Below, one piece after another: positions 10,140 through 20,663 of a stretch of 64,000 nucleotides of DNA. The DNA lies in IMG/VR virus record IMGVR_UViG_3300029787_000023, positions 6,215-70,214 of that record. One strand, 5' to 3'. This DNA comes from a virus. How positions within the stretch are numbered: the first letter of the stretch is position 1; the number at the start of each line of letters is the position of its first letter. The notes under the pieces are model-generated. The model was not told the origin of the DNA. It did not search any database and worked only from the letters and a program-made list of their open reading frames with translations. Both the position numbers and the translations under genes were made by a program.

Positions 10140-11897
10140 TTGCCTTATATCTTCCCTAAAAGAAAGCTGAGAGACTCCGACATACTTGATGTTGTCGAGC
10201 TCAATGAAGACTTCATTCCTGCGGCTGAAGTGTGTGCGGGTAATCTCAACGCCCACAATATCCAAGAAAACGTCACTCCCGACTTCAGACGCAACAACAC
10301 TGATGAGACGGCCTACTACAAGTACGCGTTCAATGTTGTAGACGGAGACCCCAAATTAGGTTCTGCAAGTTCGACGAGTTCGGCGGCATACACATTCCCC
10401 CGTTTGTCGAGTTTTACAGGTGAGCACCAAGTTCGAAACGACAACTCTTGGGATGTCGTCGATTCAAGTAGTCTTCGAGTCTCGGCTTTCAGCACTGGTG
10501 TCTCGACTCTCTGGATTACAGCTTACGCGCAGTACTTCTGGATGGGATTCGTTGCCGCGACAAAGGTCCGCCTCTCGGGAAGTGACGTACCTAAAGCGGC
10601 TCAACGCACTCATCACCTGTGGGCTTCCGAGGGCAACGGAAACTGCCGACTGCAGTTTGCGATTCGAGTCAATGGTCGTATCATCGAGTCAACGATTACC
10701 GGTAAGCAATACGCTTTCGAGAACTCGGTCGAGCCTATCCGGTCTAAATATCAACGGGGTGGAGGTATTGGGTTCGGAAGTAGCCGTAGGAAGGGAGACT
10801 ACAAGTTTCCTGGCCCGCACGGTACATGGACTGAAGGTGCCACAGCCTTAGGCCCGGTAGCGATTCCTGTACGTCTGGGGTGTCACCATCCGGTTCAACC
10901 CGGCAAGCACATCATCGATCTCGTTGTTCGAAGGCTACCGCGAATCGACGGAGATGACGATAAGCAAGACTTAGAAGACACGACTATAGATGACGACATT
11001 GTCTTGGTCGGATCACGAAAGTTGTTTGTCGTAGAGCTTAAAAGGCATCCGACGGCTACTTCAACTTTGACTTCTACTTCCGTACCTGCCTTCGAGACCG
11101 AAGACACGATAACGAGCGCTGAACTGCAGACAAGTCGCACAGACACGATTCGTACGGCGCTCAACACAGTCAAGAGAGGTGCCCTGGCTCGTGGCGCACT
11201 CAACCACTATCATCTCAAGTCACCTGTAATCGCAGCCAATCAGATCACACGTAATGACTCGACTGCGTCTTTTACAGCGCGTTACCCAGGTCACGGTTCA
11301 TGGAAGAGCACGGTCCACACAAACAAGTTTACGACCAGCTCGTCAGGTATCGGATTCTATAACCTCGAGACGTCTTCGGGTAAGTTTCAAGTTGGTCCGG
11401 CAACAGGTACGTCGTTTAGCTTGACTGAGCCATCTATCTTTATTGTGACGGGGAGTGTACAGCTGCACGGAATCAAGAACGACACGGCATACGGCGGCTT
11501 TGGCTCAGGTACATCAGCGACAAATGTCGGTATCGCTACAATGGCTAACTTCGCTGCGATTGCTCTGGGAATCACTACAGCCAGTTCAAGTATAGAAACC
11601 ATGTTGGCCAGCTGCATCTCGTACGTCAACTCGTTCAACGCGATCACGCACAATCACAATACGAGCTCAGACCCGCCGACAGACTTTAGCGATCACGACA
11701 AAAGTTTCGATGAAGAGGTCAATGTACCGATCTTTCACGTATTCACGTCAACTGAGCTATCGTCGCTATCGAGCGGTGAAGACATCGCAACCTTCAATAT
11801 CTATGGTTCAGCGCTTTCGGCAGCCGATGGCGGAGTCGTCCCGGTCAAGGTGTTTTACCAGAGATGCAACCTATCCGTGATTCAGCTGTTCATTTGA
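10140..11897 (+). CDS. Putative virion structural protein
   Basis: 585 aa, Ser/Thr-rich, TTG start after GAGGTG, in the tail module. Confidence 0.6.
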   Translation: MPYIFPKRKLRDSDILDVVELNEDFIPAAEVCAGNLNAHNIQENVTPDFRRNNTDETAYYKYAFNVVDGDPKLGSASSTSSAAYTFPRLSSFTGEHQVRNDNSWDVVDSSSLRVSAFSTGVSTLWITAYAQYFWMGFVAATKVRLSGSDVPKAAQRTHHLWASEGNGNCRLQFAIRVNGRIIESTITGKQYAFENSVEPIRSKYQRGGGIGFGSSRRKGDYKFPGPHGTWTEGATALGPVAIPVRLGCHHPVQPGKHIIDLVVRRLPRIDGDDDKQDLEDTTIDDDIVLVGSRKLFVVELKRHPTATSTLTSTSVPAFETEDTITSAELQTSRTDTIRTALNTVKRGALARGALNHYHLKSPVIAANQITRNDSTASFTARYPGHGSWKSTVHTNKFTTSSSGIGFYNLETSSGKFQVGPATGTSFSLTEPSIFIVTGSVQLHGIKNDTAYGGFGSGTSATNVGIATMANFAAIALGITTASSSIETMLASCISYVNSFNAITHNHNTSSDPPTDFSDHDKSFDEEVNVPIFHVFTSTELSSLSSGEDIATFNIYGSALSAADGGVVPVKVFYQRCNLSVIQLFI

Positions 11898-11905
11898 GGT
11901 GATCT

Positions 11906-12730
11906 GTGACCGTATCAACTCCCTATACTTATGTAGACGGACTCGTCCTCGCACCGGCTGAGCACAACAAGAACATCTACAGCCCCGACTCAGGGGTTGG
12001 TCTGATGTCTGAGATCAACGGAGGGCTCAACACAACAAACTTCGACTCTTCGTTCAAGGTCAGTGATGAACACGTGTGGCCGGGCGAAGTTATGCGGGGC
12101 ACTCAAGAGTCTCTGGTCGAAACGACGGACTATTTCAGTGATGCGTTCTCAGACATTCCTGAGAGCAGCACATCTACATCGGGGTCGTATCGACCGATCA
12201 TTGGTTGCTCGGCTCGAATCTATGTACCTTACGCAGTGTCGGTCGCTCTCTGGGAGTGGTCTTTCTTCTTCTCACCCTTCAAGATTTTCACGGAGAGTAA
12301 CATTGCAGCGTTGGCTGAACGCCAGTTTGATCTGTCAATCAAGGCTCGATTGGATGGTACGGCTCTACCGCATACACAGCGAGCAATACCTCACTCTGTG
12401 CTTCTCGGTATCAAAGACGCCTCAGGCAGCCGCAAGGTAAAGGATCGAACGCCAGGTGACCGCACTTTTGATACCCTGAGGCGCGAGCCTTCTGTGTCGA
12501 TGCAATGGGACATGAATCACATGGAGACGGGGGTTGCCGCAGGGTGGCACAGCTTAGATCTTATGATCTATATGTCGCCTGTCTTGGATCGGTCTCAAGA
12601 TGAAAACGAGGGGATCTTGACGGCTGAAGTCGACCGTAAAGTTGGTACTCGAAACGCTGAGTTTGATCACAAGTTTTATCAGCGGTTGACTTTTGGTGTT
12701 CGCAATGCGCGAGTCTTAACCATTCTTTAG
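11906..12730 (+). CDS. Putative virion structural protein
   Basis: 274 aa. N-terminal YTYVDGLVLAPAEHNKNI resembles tail-appendage attachment motifs. Confidence 0.6.
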   Translation: MTVSTPYTYVDGLVLAPAEHNKNIYSPDSGVGLMSEINGGLNTTNFDSSFKVSDEHVWPGEVMRGTQESLVETTDYFSDAFSDIPESSTSTSGSYRPIIGCSARIYVPYAVSVALWEWSFFFSPFKIFTESNIAALAERQFDLSIKARLDGTALPHTQRAIPHSVLLGIKDASGSRKVKDRTPGDRTFDTLRREPSVSMQWDMNHMETGVAAGWHSLDLMIYMSPVLDRSQDENEGILTAEVDRKVGTRNAEFDHKFYQRLTFGVRNARVLTIL

Positions 12731-12769
12731 AGAAACACGATATACTTGGTTCGAGTTTAGGAGGTAGAT

Positions 12770-13552
12770 ATGGCCGCACCGGCAGCACCATTGATCACGA
12801 AAGCGGCCGCACCTGTGGCTGGCGGTATTATGAGTCAGTCGACCGCTCCTGCCTTGGGGGATGTGTATGCTAAGCAGGCCGGGGGAAGTATCGTACCGAC
12901 GGCTAGTTCGGGCTCTGGTAATACAAGTCCTTTAAGTTATTTAGCTAAGCAAGCAATGGGCGGGGTTGCCGGAAAAGTACCCCAAATTGCTGTAAACGCG
13001 GCTCTGTACGGTCTCGGAAAGGGTATACACCGCTTGACTGCTGCGGGAAAGGCTGACGCTTTACAGAGGAAGCGAGACCAGGCCAAGGCAAGGCAACACG
13101 GAACGTCCGAGAAAGCAAGGGCTGCCGCCGCGATCGAGTCTGACAAAGCCCTTCAGGGCGTAGCTGCCGAAAAGCGTGCCATGGTCGACGAGATGATACG
13201 CTCCCAGAGAGCCGCGGGAGGATTTCAAAGCGGTATCATTGAAGGAGCTGTAGGCGCCGCAACAGATGTCTCAGACGAAGCTGCAGCGTTGCACGCCGCG
13301 GGTCAGGCAGCGGCAGAGCAGGCAGACGCAACCGAGGTCGCTGACGCACAGCAACGAAACGCCGAGAGGTCGGCTCAGCTACAGTCGGACATTATGGGTA
13401 TCATGGGTGTGGGTCAGGAGATGACGCCCCAACAACAGGCCATCGCGCAGCAAACTGTGCCCGGCTATACCGCGGATCCTCGGCGAGAAGCTTACGATGA
13501 ACTTCGGCGCCTGTCGGCGGCAATGGAAGCTCGAGAGAGGGCAACAACATGA
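12770..13552 (+). CDS. Putative internal virion (ejection) protein
   Basis: Ala/Gly/Gln-rich helical 260 aa with AGGAGG RBS. Precedes the very large genes, as in podovirus ejectosome clusters. Confidence 0.55.
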   Translation: MAAPAAPLITKAAAPVAGGIMSQSTAPALGDVYAKQAGGSIVPTASSGSGNTSPLSYLAKQAMGGVAGKVPQIAVNAALYGLGKGIHRLTAAGKADALQRKRDQAKARQHGTSEKARAAAAIESDKALQGVAAEKRAMVDEMIRSQRAAGGFQSGIIEGAVGAATDVSDEAAALHAAGQAAAEQADATEVADAQQRNAERSAQLQSDIMGIMGVGQEMTPQQQAIAQQTVPGYTADPRREAYDELRRLSAAMEARERATT

Positions 13553-16500
13553 CATTCGGTATAAACGCAGATACCCAAAGCATGGCTTTAGCGAGCGCAG
13601 GCGTGGACCCGCGTGTTGAGTACACGACAGATCAAACGCGTCATCACGAAATACTTGTCGATGTGTTGACTCTCGCCATGGGAGCCACGATAAGACTCGA
13701 TGAGAGCATGCTCGAAGGCGAGCAGCGGTTCGAGTTAGAGCGCTTCAACGTTCAGGCCGAGGCGCTCATCCACAACGATGAGATGATTAATGATCTCTTA
13801 GAGATGGAAGGTAACTTCACGCAGCAGAGGTACGAAACTTTGCAGCGCGCCTGGGCAGACGCGGCCGAGCTCGAACAAGATCTCGACGCAGACCGTTCAA
13901 GGTATTCAGCGTCGGTTGTGGGTTCAGCGGCTCGGACAGGACGAACAAACGTCTCGGCGGGTATTCAGGAACTTATGCGGGTGTATGATCCGGCAACGTC
14001 GCCTCTCGATCGCGTGGGCCGTCTACATAAGCCTCACTCCATACGAATGTGGCTTAGGGACTCGAATGTCGGCGCGGACGGAAGTCACGGGACCGCCTTG
14101 CTGCGTGCGATTGACGCCGCGGGTACGATCGAAGGCGGTGACACCGCAACGCTGATAAGTCAGGCCAACGTAGCGATTACCGGTTTGTTAGGCGGCCCAG
14201 GAGCATCAGCAGACTTAGTACGTCAGTTTCAGAGTGACGTCGCTGATGCTATCGCAGTTCAGCGTGAGATCGCAACCTTTCGCCGTAGCCGCCTCGACCT
14301 CGCAGATACTGTCGGCAGTAATCCTGAGGAGTTCTTCTCTAACAGAGACAATATCATAGCTCTGAGAGACGAGTTTACAGAGAGACGGCGCGGGGTACTG
14401 GAAAACTACGGCGCCGAGATCCGAACCGTAGGCTCAGCTGAACGCACAGCACAAGAATACGAAGACTTCCAGAATGATGTCGCTCACTACAACTACTACA
14501 GAGACATCACTGACTCGATCTTGCCCACAGTTCTTGAACTTACGAGGGGCTCTGAGTCACTGGCGGCCCCTGACCCGTCTACCTTTGCTCCGCTTCTTCG
14601 TTCGTTGGTCGATGGCGGGGACCAGTCTTGGGCGGCTCAACATGGTTACGACCCCAACCAGTTGATCCAAGAAATCGACGGTGAGTTTTACACTGGCGCA
14701 GCTGCCATGAATGCTCTGACCGAGTTCTATCGCGAGCTGAACAGCGGCAATGTTCCGAGAGCCAGTCTGCGTCCAGTACAAGACCGTCGTGTACTGGGTC
14801 GACGTTTCGGTCCCCTGGGTATCATAGATCGACCCCAAACAGTCGGTGTGACCACTCTCAACTTGAACTTGTCCCAAGACGGCAGCCGCGGGTCTCAGCA
14901 GACAGAAGACTTGCTTGACCTGTATACGCTGCCTACGCAGATGAGGCAGCTACCTGAGCTCAGCGGTCAAGAAGGCTTGTTTGCTGTGATCAACACAGGC
15001 GACACTCCTTATCTGGCGTCTCCGCAAGAAGTGTTGCAGATCTTAGCCGCTGACGGACCCCAAGTGTCTCAGCTGGTACGAAACGACAGCACCGAGTCTA
15101 TTTATAGTTTTGCCGGTAAGCTGGTCGGCACTGAAGACTTCACGCTGAGCATAGACATGTCCCGCGGAGTTCATGTCCGTGTTGGTGACGAAGTTATCGA
15201 TTTGTCCAGCGTCACCGCGCGTAATCGGTTTGCCGAGGCCGATCTACTTCGTAGCGCTGTCCTCCAGACTACAGAAGACAACCTCATACCGTACTCTGTC
15301 CGAGATGAGCGAACCGATGAGTTGCTTCGATGGGCGACAGTCGACGACTTGAATCAGATGCCTGAAGGTACTGTAATAGCGTTAAACAGTCACGCTACCC
15401 GGTCAGGCGCGGACGGCCGTATAAGCCTGGCGCACGTCCGTCGACTATACGAGTCTGATGATCCGCGATACCGTGAAATGATTCATCCGAATCTTCGTAA
15501 CCTTGCTGGCGACCTTACACTTGTAGGAAGAGACGAGATACCCCCATCAGCTCAGCTATATGCCTCGATGGGTCGGACACACTCTTCTAACGTCGCCGAT
15601 GACACGGTCACGCTCCACACAGCGCACGGTATCATAGAGCTAGACCGAAGCTTGGTTGGAGAGCACGAGGTCATTGGTGACAGCAGCCGTGACAACACAG
15701 GTCAGGTACGGAACGCGTTGCGCTTCTCTCGTACCTATCGTCGGGCTACCGAAGGTCTACCCGTAACAGGCGCCGGCGCACCTCGAGCCGACGTGATCGG
15801 GGAGTCTCCTCGGTCTCGAGGACGCGGCGGTATCGAGATTGTAGACAGCCGCGGAAATCGCCCTGGCAGATTTAGGCAGAGTGGTGTGTTCCAGTTCCTC
15901 ATGCGCGACCCCGTGGTTAGCGCAAAACAATATGTCGAGGCAGTAGCCGATGCCACGCCACCCAATCCTGAGGCTCAGGCAACGGCAGAGAGTCTTGCAG
16001 AGGGAGTTGTAGAAGGTGATGCCAATATAGAAGACGTCGCAAACACGCTAAGCGAGGCCGAGGGCGATGCGGCAGAGCAAGGCCAAGACGTCTCGGCAGA
16101 GGAGTCTGCCGATCTGTCAGTCACGCCTGAGGGAGCCGCTTTTGAGTTTACCGAAACTCCTCGAACTTTACCCTCGGGCGAACTGGTCATTGACTGGAAC
16201 GATGCTGACGGAAACGTGTATCGGTACAACACCGATACAGGGGAGTATTCTTACCAAGCAGGCGGAGAAGGCGATTTCGCTGTTCAACGAAACGCGGGCG
16301 GCGTCGAAGCCGTTAAAGGAACCTTCTTAGGTGATACTAAACCGTGGGACGAAGACCCGGCGGTCACTGAGCCAGATCCCTTCACTGGAACAGAGGTAGA
16401 TCTCGCAGAGTTAGATCAAGAAGCCGCACCCACACCCGCACCGGGAACAAGTGATCGCTCTACGACCCCGCAACCTACACCTGAAGCTGAGGACGAGGAG

Positions 16501-17283
16501 GAGGACAATACGCCTCTGGGTAGGCGGTTCAGAGACTTCATGGCTAACTTCCGTAGAGCTGAACAAATCGCGGAGCAACCCGAAACTGAAGGGCGTAGGC
16601 GAGAAGGTGCTCCGGGCAGTTCCGAAAGACCCGATGTTATGTTTGACCTTAGCGATCTTCCTGAAGGCGAACCCACGGCCGAGGAGGCTGTGGCCGCAGC
16701 AGGTTTGCCTGACAAGGCTGGAAGGACTCAGCGTATAGATAGAGTGCGGTTCCAAGAAGCGATGCGCAGCCTACTGGCTGAGCCTAACATCATGCCGTAC
16801 CCGACGAGTGTTGGTACTCGAGAGACTCTGCAGCATGACATATTAGATAGTCCGATTGAAGACATTGAAGAGCGCTACAGCCTGGCCTATGACGCGCCAA
16901 GTTCCGAGGTTTGGAACAATTCAGCAGACCGAGCCCGAATCGTCAAGCTACTAAAGCAACACCCGCGATACGAAGAGCTAATGCGGGCGCCTCAAGTCCA
17001 GCAAGCTTCGGGCGGCGCTTCTTTAGACGACATGGTTGAACGGGGCTCGAACTCTCGAGAGATGTTCCGCGTACTCCAAGCAATGGAGAGCGCGAGACAG
17101 ACCATTCCGCCCGCGTCGCCGACGCCGTCGTCTCAACCTGAGGCGGCTGTAGTGCCGGGTCAGTCGGGGTTACCTGACATACCGACAGAACTAAACCCGG
17201 TGATGGCTGGAGTAATGTCACGCAGAAGCGACTCTCAGGCAGACCCCCTAACAGGTAGTCGATTAGGAGAGCTTTCACCATGA
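13549..17283 (+). CDS. Large putative internal virion protein (1244 aa)
   Basis: Long ORF with ATGA overlaps at both ends and an acidic low-complexity C-terminal third. No enzyme motif recognised. Confidence 0.6.
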   Translation: MTFGINADTQSMALASAGVDPRVEYTTDQTRHHEILVDVLTLAMGATIRLDESMLEGEQRFELERFNVQAEALIHNDEMINDLLEMEGNFTQQRYETLQRAWADAAELEQDLDADRSRYSASVVGSAARTGRTNVSAGIQELMRVYDPATSPLDRVGRLHKPHSIRMWLRDSNVGADGSHGTALLRAIDAAGTIEGGDTATLISQANVAITGLLGGPGASADLVRQFQSDVADAIAVQREIATFRRSRLDLADTVGSNPEEFFSNRDNIIALRDEFTERRRGVLENYGAEIRTVGSAERTAQEYEDFQNDVAHYNYYRDITDSILPTVLELTRGSESLAAPDPSTFAPLLRSLVDGGDQSWAAQHGYDPNQLIQEIDGEFYTGAAAMNALTEFYRELNSGNVPRASLRPVQDRRVLGRRFGPLGIIDRPQTVGVTTLNLNLSQDGSRGSQQTEDLLDLYTLPTQMRQLPELSGQEGLFAVINTGDTPYLASPQEVLQILAADGPQVSQLVRNDSTESIYSFAGKLVGTEDFTLSIDMSRGVHVRVGDEVIDLSSVTARNRFAEADLLRSAVLQTTEDNLIPYSVRDERTDELLRWATVDDLNQMPEGTVIALNSHATRSGADGRISLAHVRRLYESDDPRYREMIHPNLRNLAGDLTLVGRDEIPPSAQLYASMGRTHSSNVADDTVTLHTAHGIIELDRSLVGEHEVIGDSSRDNTGQVRNALRFSRTYRRATEGLPVTGAGAPRADVIGESPRSRGRGGIEIVDSRGNRPGRFRQSGVFQFLMRDPVVSAKQYVEAVADATPPNPEAQATAESLAEGVVEGDANIEDVANTLSEAEGDAAEQGQDVSAEESADLSVTPEGAAFEFTETPRTLPSGELVIDWNDADGNVYRYNTDTGEYSYQAGGEGDFAVQRNAGGVEAVKGTFLGDTKPWDEDPAVTEPDPFTGTEVDLAELDQEAAPTPAPGTSDRSTTPQPTPEAEDEEEDNTPLGRRFRDFMANFRRAEQIAEQPETEGRRREGAPGSSERPDVMFDLSDLPEGEPTAEEAVAAAGLPDKAGRTQRIDRVRFQEAMRSLLAEPNIMPYPTSVGTRETLQHDILDSPIEDIEERYSLAYDAPSSEVWNNSADRARIVKLLKQHPRYEELMRAPQVQQASGGASLDDMVERGSNSREMFRVLQAMESARQTIPPASPTPSSQPEAAVVPGQSGLPDIPTELNPVMAGVMSRRSDSQADPLTGSRLGELSP

Positions 17284-20200
17284 GCGAGCCGGCCCCGATA
17301 GAGCAGCCGTCTACTACGGCACCACCTATGCCCCCGAGGGTACCTGCGTCTCAGAGGGTCAACACACAAGGGGCAATCATCGAGGAGGCCAGCGGCAGTG
17401 ATGCGTTGTTCGATCCATTCGCTGAACCTTTGCCTGAGATTGTCGAAGCAGCACCAGAACCTGTTCAAGTTACGACTCAACCTGAAGTTACGACTCAACC
17501 TACGCCTACGCTTACACCTGATCCTGATCCTGATCCCGTACCTGCGCCTGGGCCAGACCTAACTCAAGAGTTAGAGCGACCGGCTCAAACTACGACTACA
17601 ACTACGCGTACGACTACGCCTACGACTACAACCCTTACCTCCGCACCTACAGAGACGGCTGAACCCGAACCTGAGGAAGAAGAAAGCCGCTACGGTGCTT
17701 ACGCCGGCGAAGACGGTAATATTGATTACAGTCAAATCGAGAGTATGCAGGCCGTCCAAGATCTGGCACTGGGGCTCGGCTCAGACACGTTTGACGAGGC
17801 TGGAATCGAGCAGGGTCAAAACGTCGTTCGAGACATGGACTTTAGGCAACTTATGGGTCAGCTCCCCGAGGAAGAGCAGGAGGCCGTTGTAAACGCTCGC
17901 CCGATGCGCGTGCTCGAGGTACGCGACTTTTTGGCTGCGCAGGCCGGTGGTGGTGGTGTCCCTGTACCGTTTGACTATGGAACTCTTTCAGACTTTGAAA
18001 CATATGATCCTACAACCGGGGAGCTTATAAACAAAGAACTCACCCAGGCAATGGTGAATGAACTTATTGAGTCTGGAGGTTGGCGCGGCGACCGGGCGCA
18101 GACTGGGTTTTGGGTATCGTCTCAAGAAGCTGTTGATGACTTCGATCGTGCTCGCGAGGCACTTAGTGGCTTTCAGGGGCTGCGAGACATCAACCGACTA
18201 CTAAGCGAGACGAACCCTTTAGACTCTGAAGCCGAGATGCGTGGTTGGCGCACAGACGACAATGCGCCCACAACCGACGGGTTTATGTGGGGGTCTCGAG
18301 GTTTTAACGACCCCGCCCCCGGTGACGTCGAGGCTAATCCAGTCAGTGACGCGACTGCGGCTGGAGGTGGTGGTTGGCGCGCAACCAACGGTATGTATGT
18401 TGTTCGTCAGACACAAGATCCCGGAACAACGATTTTCCCCACGATCAGGGGCGAGACTATTCAGCGTACGTCCCCCGGTCTTGGGCGATCACCTAATCCA
18501 TACATATACGAGAACGACGAAGCGCGACTGCTTGAACAAGAAGAGTACACTCTTTGGGAGAATCAACTCCAGCACTACGGCCAGCACCAGCAAGGCCGAC
18601 TGACCCCCGATGAGCGGGCTGCGATACGTCGTGAGGCCGCATCGTCTAATGCCGTCATCCATATGCACCATAATTTAGAGTCGAGAAATGTTGATTTGGA
18701 CACGCAGTTTTATAATTTAAGTGGCCCCGCCCGCGCAAACCTCATGTTTCACCAAGGCGTGTTTCTCGGCCAACAGTTAGCGCCGCTGGGTAATGCGCGT
18801 GACGGGACAGATCAAAACGCGGGTTACTGGACGATTCCAGCTCGACGCGCTGCTTTGGAGACCCTTAGGGCAAAAGAAACCGCAACTGCGCGGCAACTGC
18901 GCGGAAATCTACACCGCAGCGTGCGCCGAATGTATCAGGCAGCGGCCATGCTGCACCAGTTTCCTTATGAGCGCATCAATGCGATGTTGCCTGCGAACCT
19001 ACAATCGTCTGAGCTCGGTATCGACACACCAGAAGGTGGTCGAGTTGGGGCTTACGGGCAGATGCGTCAAGGCGTGCCCGAAGCCGCGCAGCGAGAATAT
19101 GATCGAATGATCTATGGCCAACTCACAGCTGACGACTTGGACGATCTGACTGCGGGCCTTTCTGAGCATCGTCGGCTTTACGCGGAAAACCGACAACCAC
19201 CCGACTGGATGATGATCATCGAGGATGCTCCTGGGAGAGCTCGTGGTGGCGCGACTTATGAGCGTCTGCATGAGATTATTAAGAGTCAACTTGTATTGCG
19301 CGGGGGAACAACGGGCGGCGACATGCAGCCGCTACATGCGGCGTTCTACACAGAGCGTGACCAGGCCGCGGCGAGGGCTGAGATGCGTCGCTTGAACTCA
19401 CAGCGCGTAGCACTCAACCAAGCGACTCTTGTTGCTTATCGATCTGGTGATCCTGAAGCCACAGCGATGGGTGACGCGTTGGCGGTGTTAGACCAGCGTA
19501 TCGCCCGACAGCAGATAGAGACCGACCCGCGGGAAGTGGTCTCGAGCACGACAGCAACAGTGCAGAATGCGCCTGACGGCTCAGCGGGAGCCGTCATTCT
19601 CGCAATGGCAGGTGAAGCTCCTGACCCTACAAGCGCCACCCCCGGCGCCACCTTACCTGGACCTCGTCTGACCTACCCGGCGCGTATTACCCGAGAGTCG
19701 AATCCGGCACGGCGAGCCGAACTCGAAAGCGAGTACTTGGCCGATCTGCTTACTACTAACTTGACCCGTACTATGAGTGTGCAGCTTCAGATAAGGCAGA
19801 ACTTAGCCGTCGTACAGGACACTACGGACAAGATAGAAGCGACTGATACAGGTCTGATGAGAGGGCTCGCGTTACCCTCTGGCAGCGGCGCCGACACAGG
19901 GGCTCTGGGAATCACACAAGCGACCAGCCCTAACCTGCTAAGAGTCATTACTGAGAATGGCGGACTGTCACACAACGACCCGAATAACGACCCTATCGCG
20001 CAGGCTCGTGCAAGGCTCCAACGAGAGTTTAGTTTAATTCGAGACCGTAATCCTCAAGTAGACGCCGACGACTACGGCTCTATGGTCGACTACTTTTTGA
20101 CGGCTATGGTACAAAACGAAAACGTCTATATGAGGCCTGCTGTCCCTTACCGTCAAAGACGTACGGTTGAAGTTGATGACGGTCAAGGCGGGACAAATAC

Positions 20201-20660
20201 TAGACCCTACCATTATCGTGTTGTACGTCAGGGGTCCGAGGAATCTGACTCAGTCTACCAAGGCCGCATAATCGAGGCAGCAAACAGAGGTGACGTGTTC
20301 TCCGCCGCCTACCACTTTCAGAACACCGGTCCGTACGGCGTAACTTTCACCTACCCCGGCGACGCCTTCAATGATCTCGCTCCAACTGATCAAGCCATAC
20401 TTATGGAAGCTGCGAAGAGGTACGACGAGGCTATCGCGCGCCGGCAACCTTACTGGGCAGCCGCTAACGCTGACACGAGGGCTCAGTCGGAAATCTCAGC
20501 CAGACCAAGGCAGGCGCTATACGGAACTCGCCGCGGTAGAATCCGGGGCGGTGATCTAACCCGATATGACGCATCTTCCCTTTATGGTCAGCTGGCTGTG
20601 TTAAACTTCGCTTATGCACGCCTGCTCACAGGTACAGGTGACGCGCCCGAGACGGATTAA
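17280..20660 (+). CDS. Large putative internal virion protein (1126 aa)
   Basis: Pro/Thr-rich N-terminus (VTTQPE twice, PDPDPDP, poly-Thr); coupled to its neighbours. Confidence 0.6.
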   Translation: MSEPAPIEQPSTTAPPMPPRVPASQRVNTQGAIIEEASGSDALFDPFAEPLPEIVEAAPEPVQVTTQPEVTTQPTPTLTPDPDPDPVPAPGPDLTQELERPAQTTTTTTRTTTPTTTTLTSAPTETAEPEPEEEESRYGAYAGEDGNIDYSQIESMQAVQDLALGLGSDTFDEAGIEQGQNVVRDMDFRQLMGQLPEEEQEAVVNARPMRVLEVRDFLAAQAGGGGVPVPFDYGTLSDFETYDPTTGELINKELTQAMVNELIESGGWRGDRAQTGFWVSSQEAVDDFDRAREALSGFQGLRDINRLLSETNPLDSEAEMRGWRTDDNAPTTDGFMWGSRGFNDPAPGDVEANPVSDATAAGGGGWRATNGMYVVRQTQDPGTTIFPTIRGETIQRTSPGLGRSPNPYIYENDEARLLEQEEYTLWENQLQHYGQHQQGRLTPDERAAIRREAASSNAVIHMHHNLESRNVDLDTQFYNLSGPARANLMFHQGVFLGQQLAPLGNARDGTDQNAGYWTIPARRAALETLRAKETATARQLRGNLHRSVRRMYQAAAMLHQFPYERINAMLPANLQSSELGIDTPEGGRVGAYGQMRQGVPEAAQREYDRMIYGQLTADDLDDLTAGLSEHRRLYAENRQPPDWMMIIEDAPGRARGGATYERLHEIIKSQLVLRGGTTGGDMQPLHAAFYTERDQAAARAEMRRLNSQRVALNQATLVAYRSGDPEATAMGDALAVLDQRIARQQIETDPREVVSSTTATVQNAPDGSAGAVILAMAGEAPDPTSATPGATLPGPRLTYPARITRESNPARRAELESEYLADLLTTNLTRTMSVQLQIRQNLAVVQDTTDKIEATDTGLMRGLALPSGSGADTGALGITQATSPNLLRVITENGGLSHNDPNNDPIAQARARLQREFSLIRDRNPQVDADDYGSMVDYFLTAMVQNENVYMRPAVPYRQRRTVEVDDGQGGTNTRPYHYRVVRQGSEESDSVYQGRIIEAANRGDVFSAAYHFQNTGPYGVTFTYPGDAFNDLAPTDQAILMEAAKRYDEAIARRQPYWAAANADTRAQSEISARPRQALYGTRRGRIRGGDLTRYDASSLYGQLAVLNFAYARLLTGTGDAPETD

Positions 20661-20663
20661 ACC

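Noticed and set aside
17466-17640. Short tandem repeats (aagttacgactcaacct twice, cctgat three times, acgact runs)
   Set aside because: They encode an ordinary Pro/Thr low-complexity linker in frame, with no sign of phase variation.
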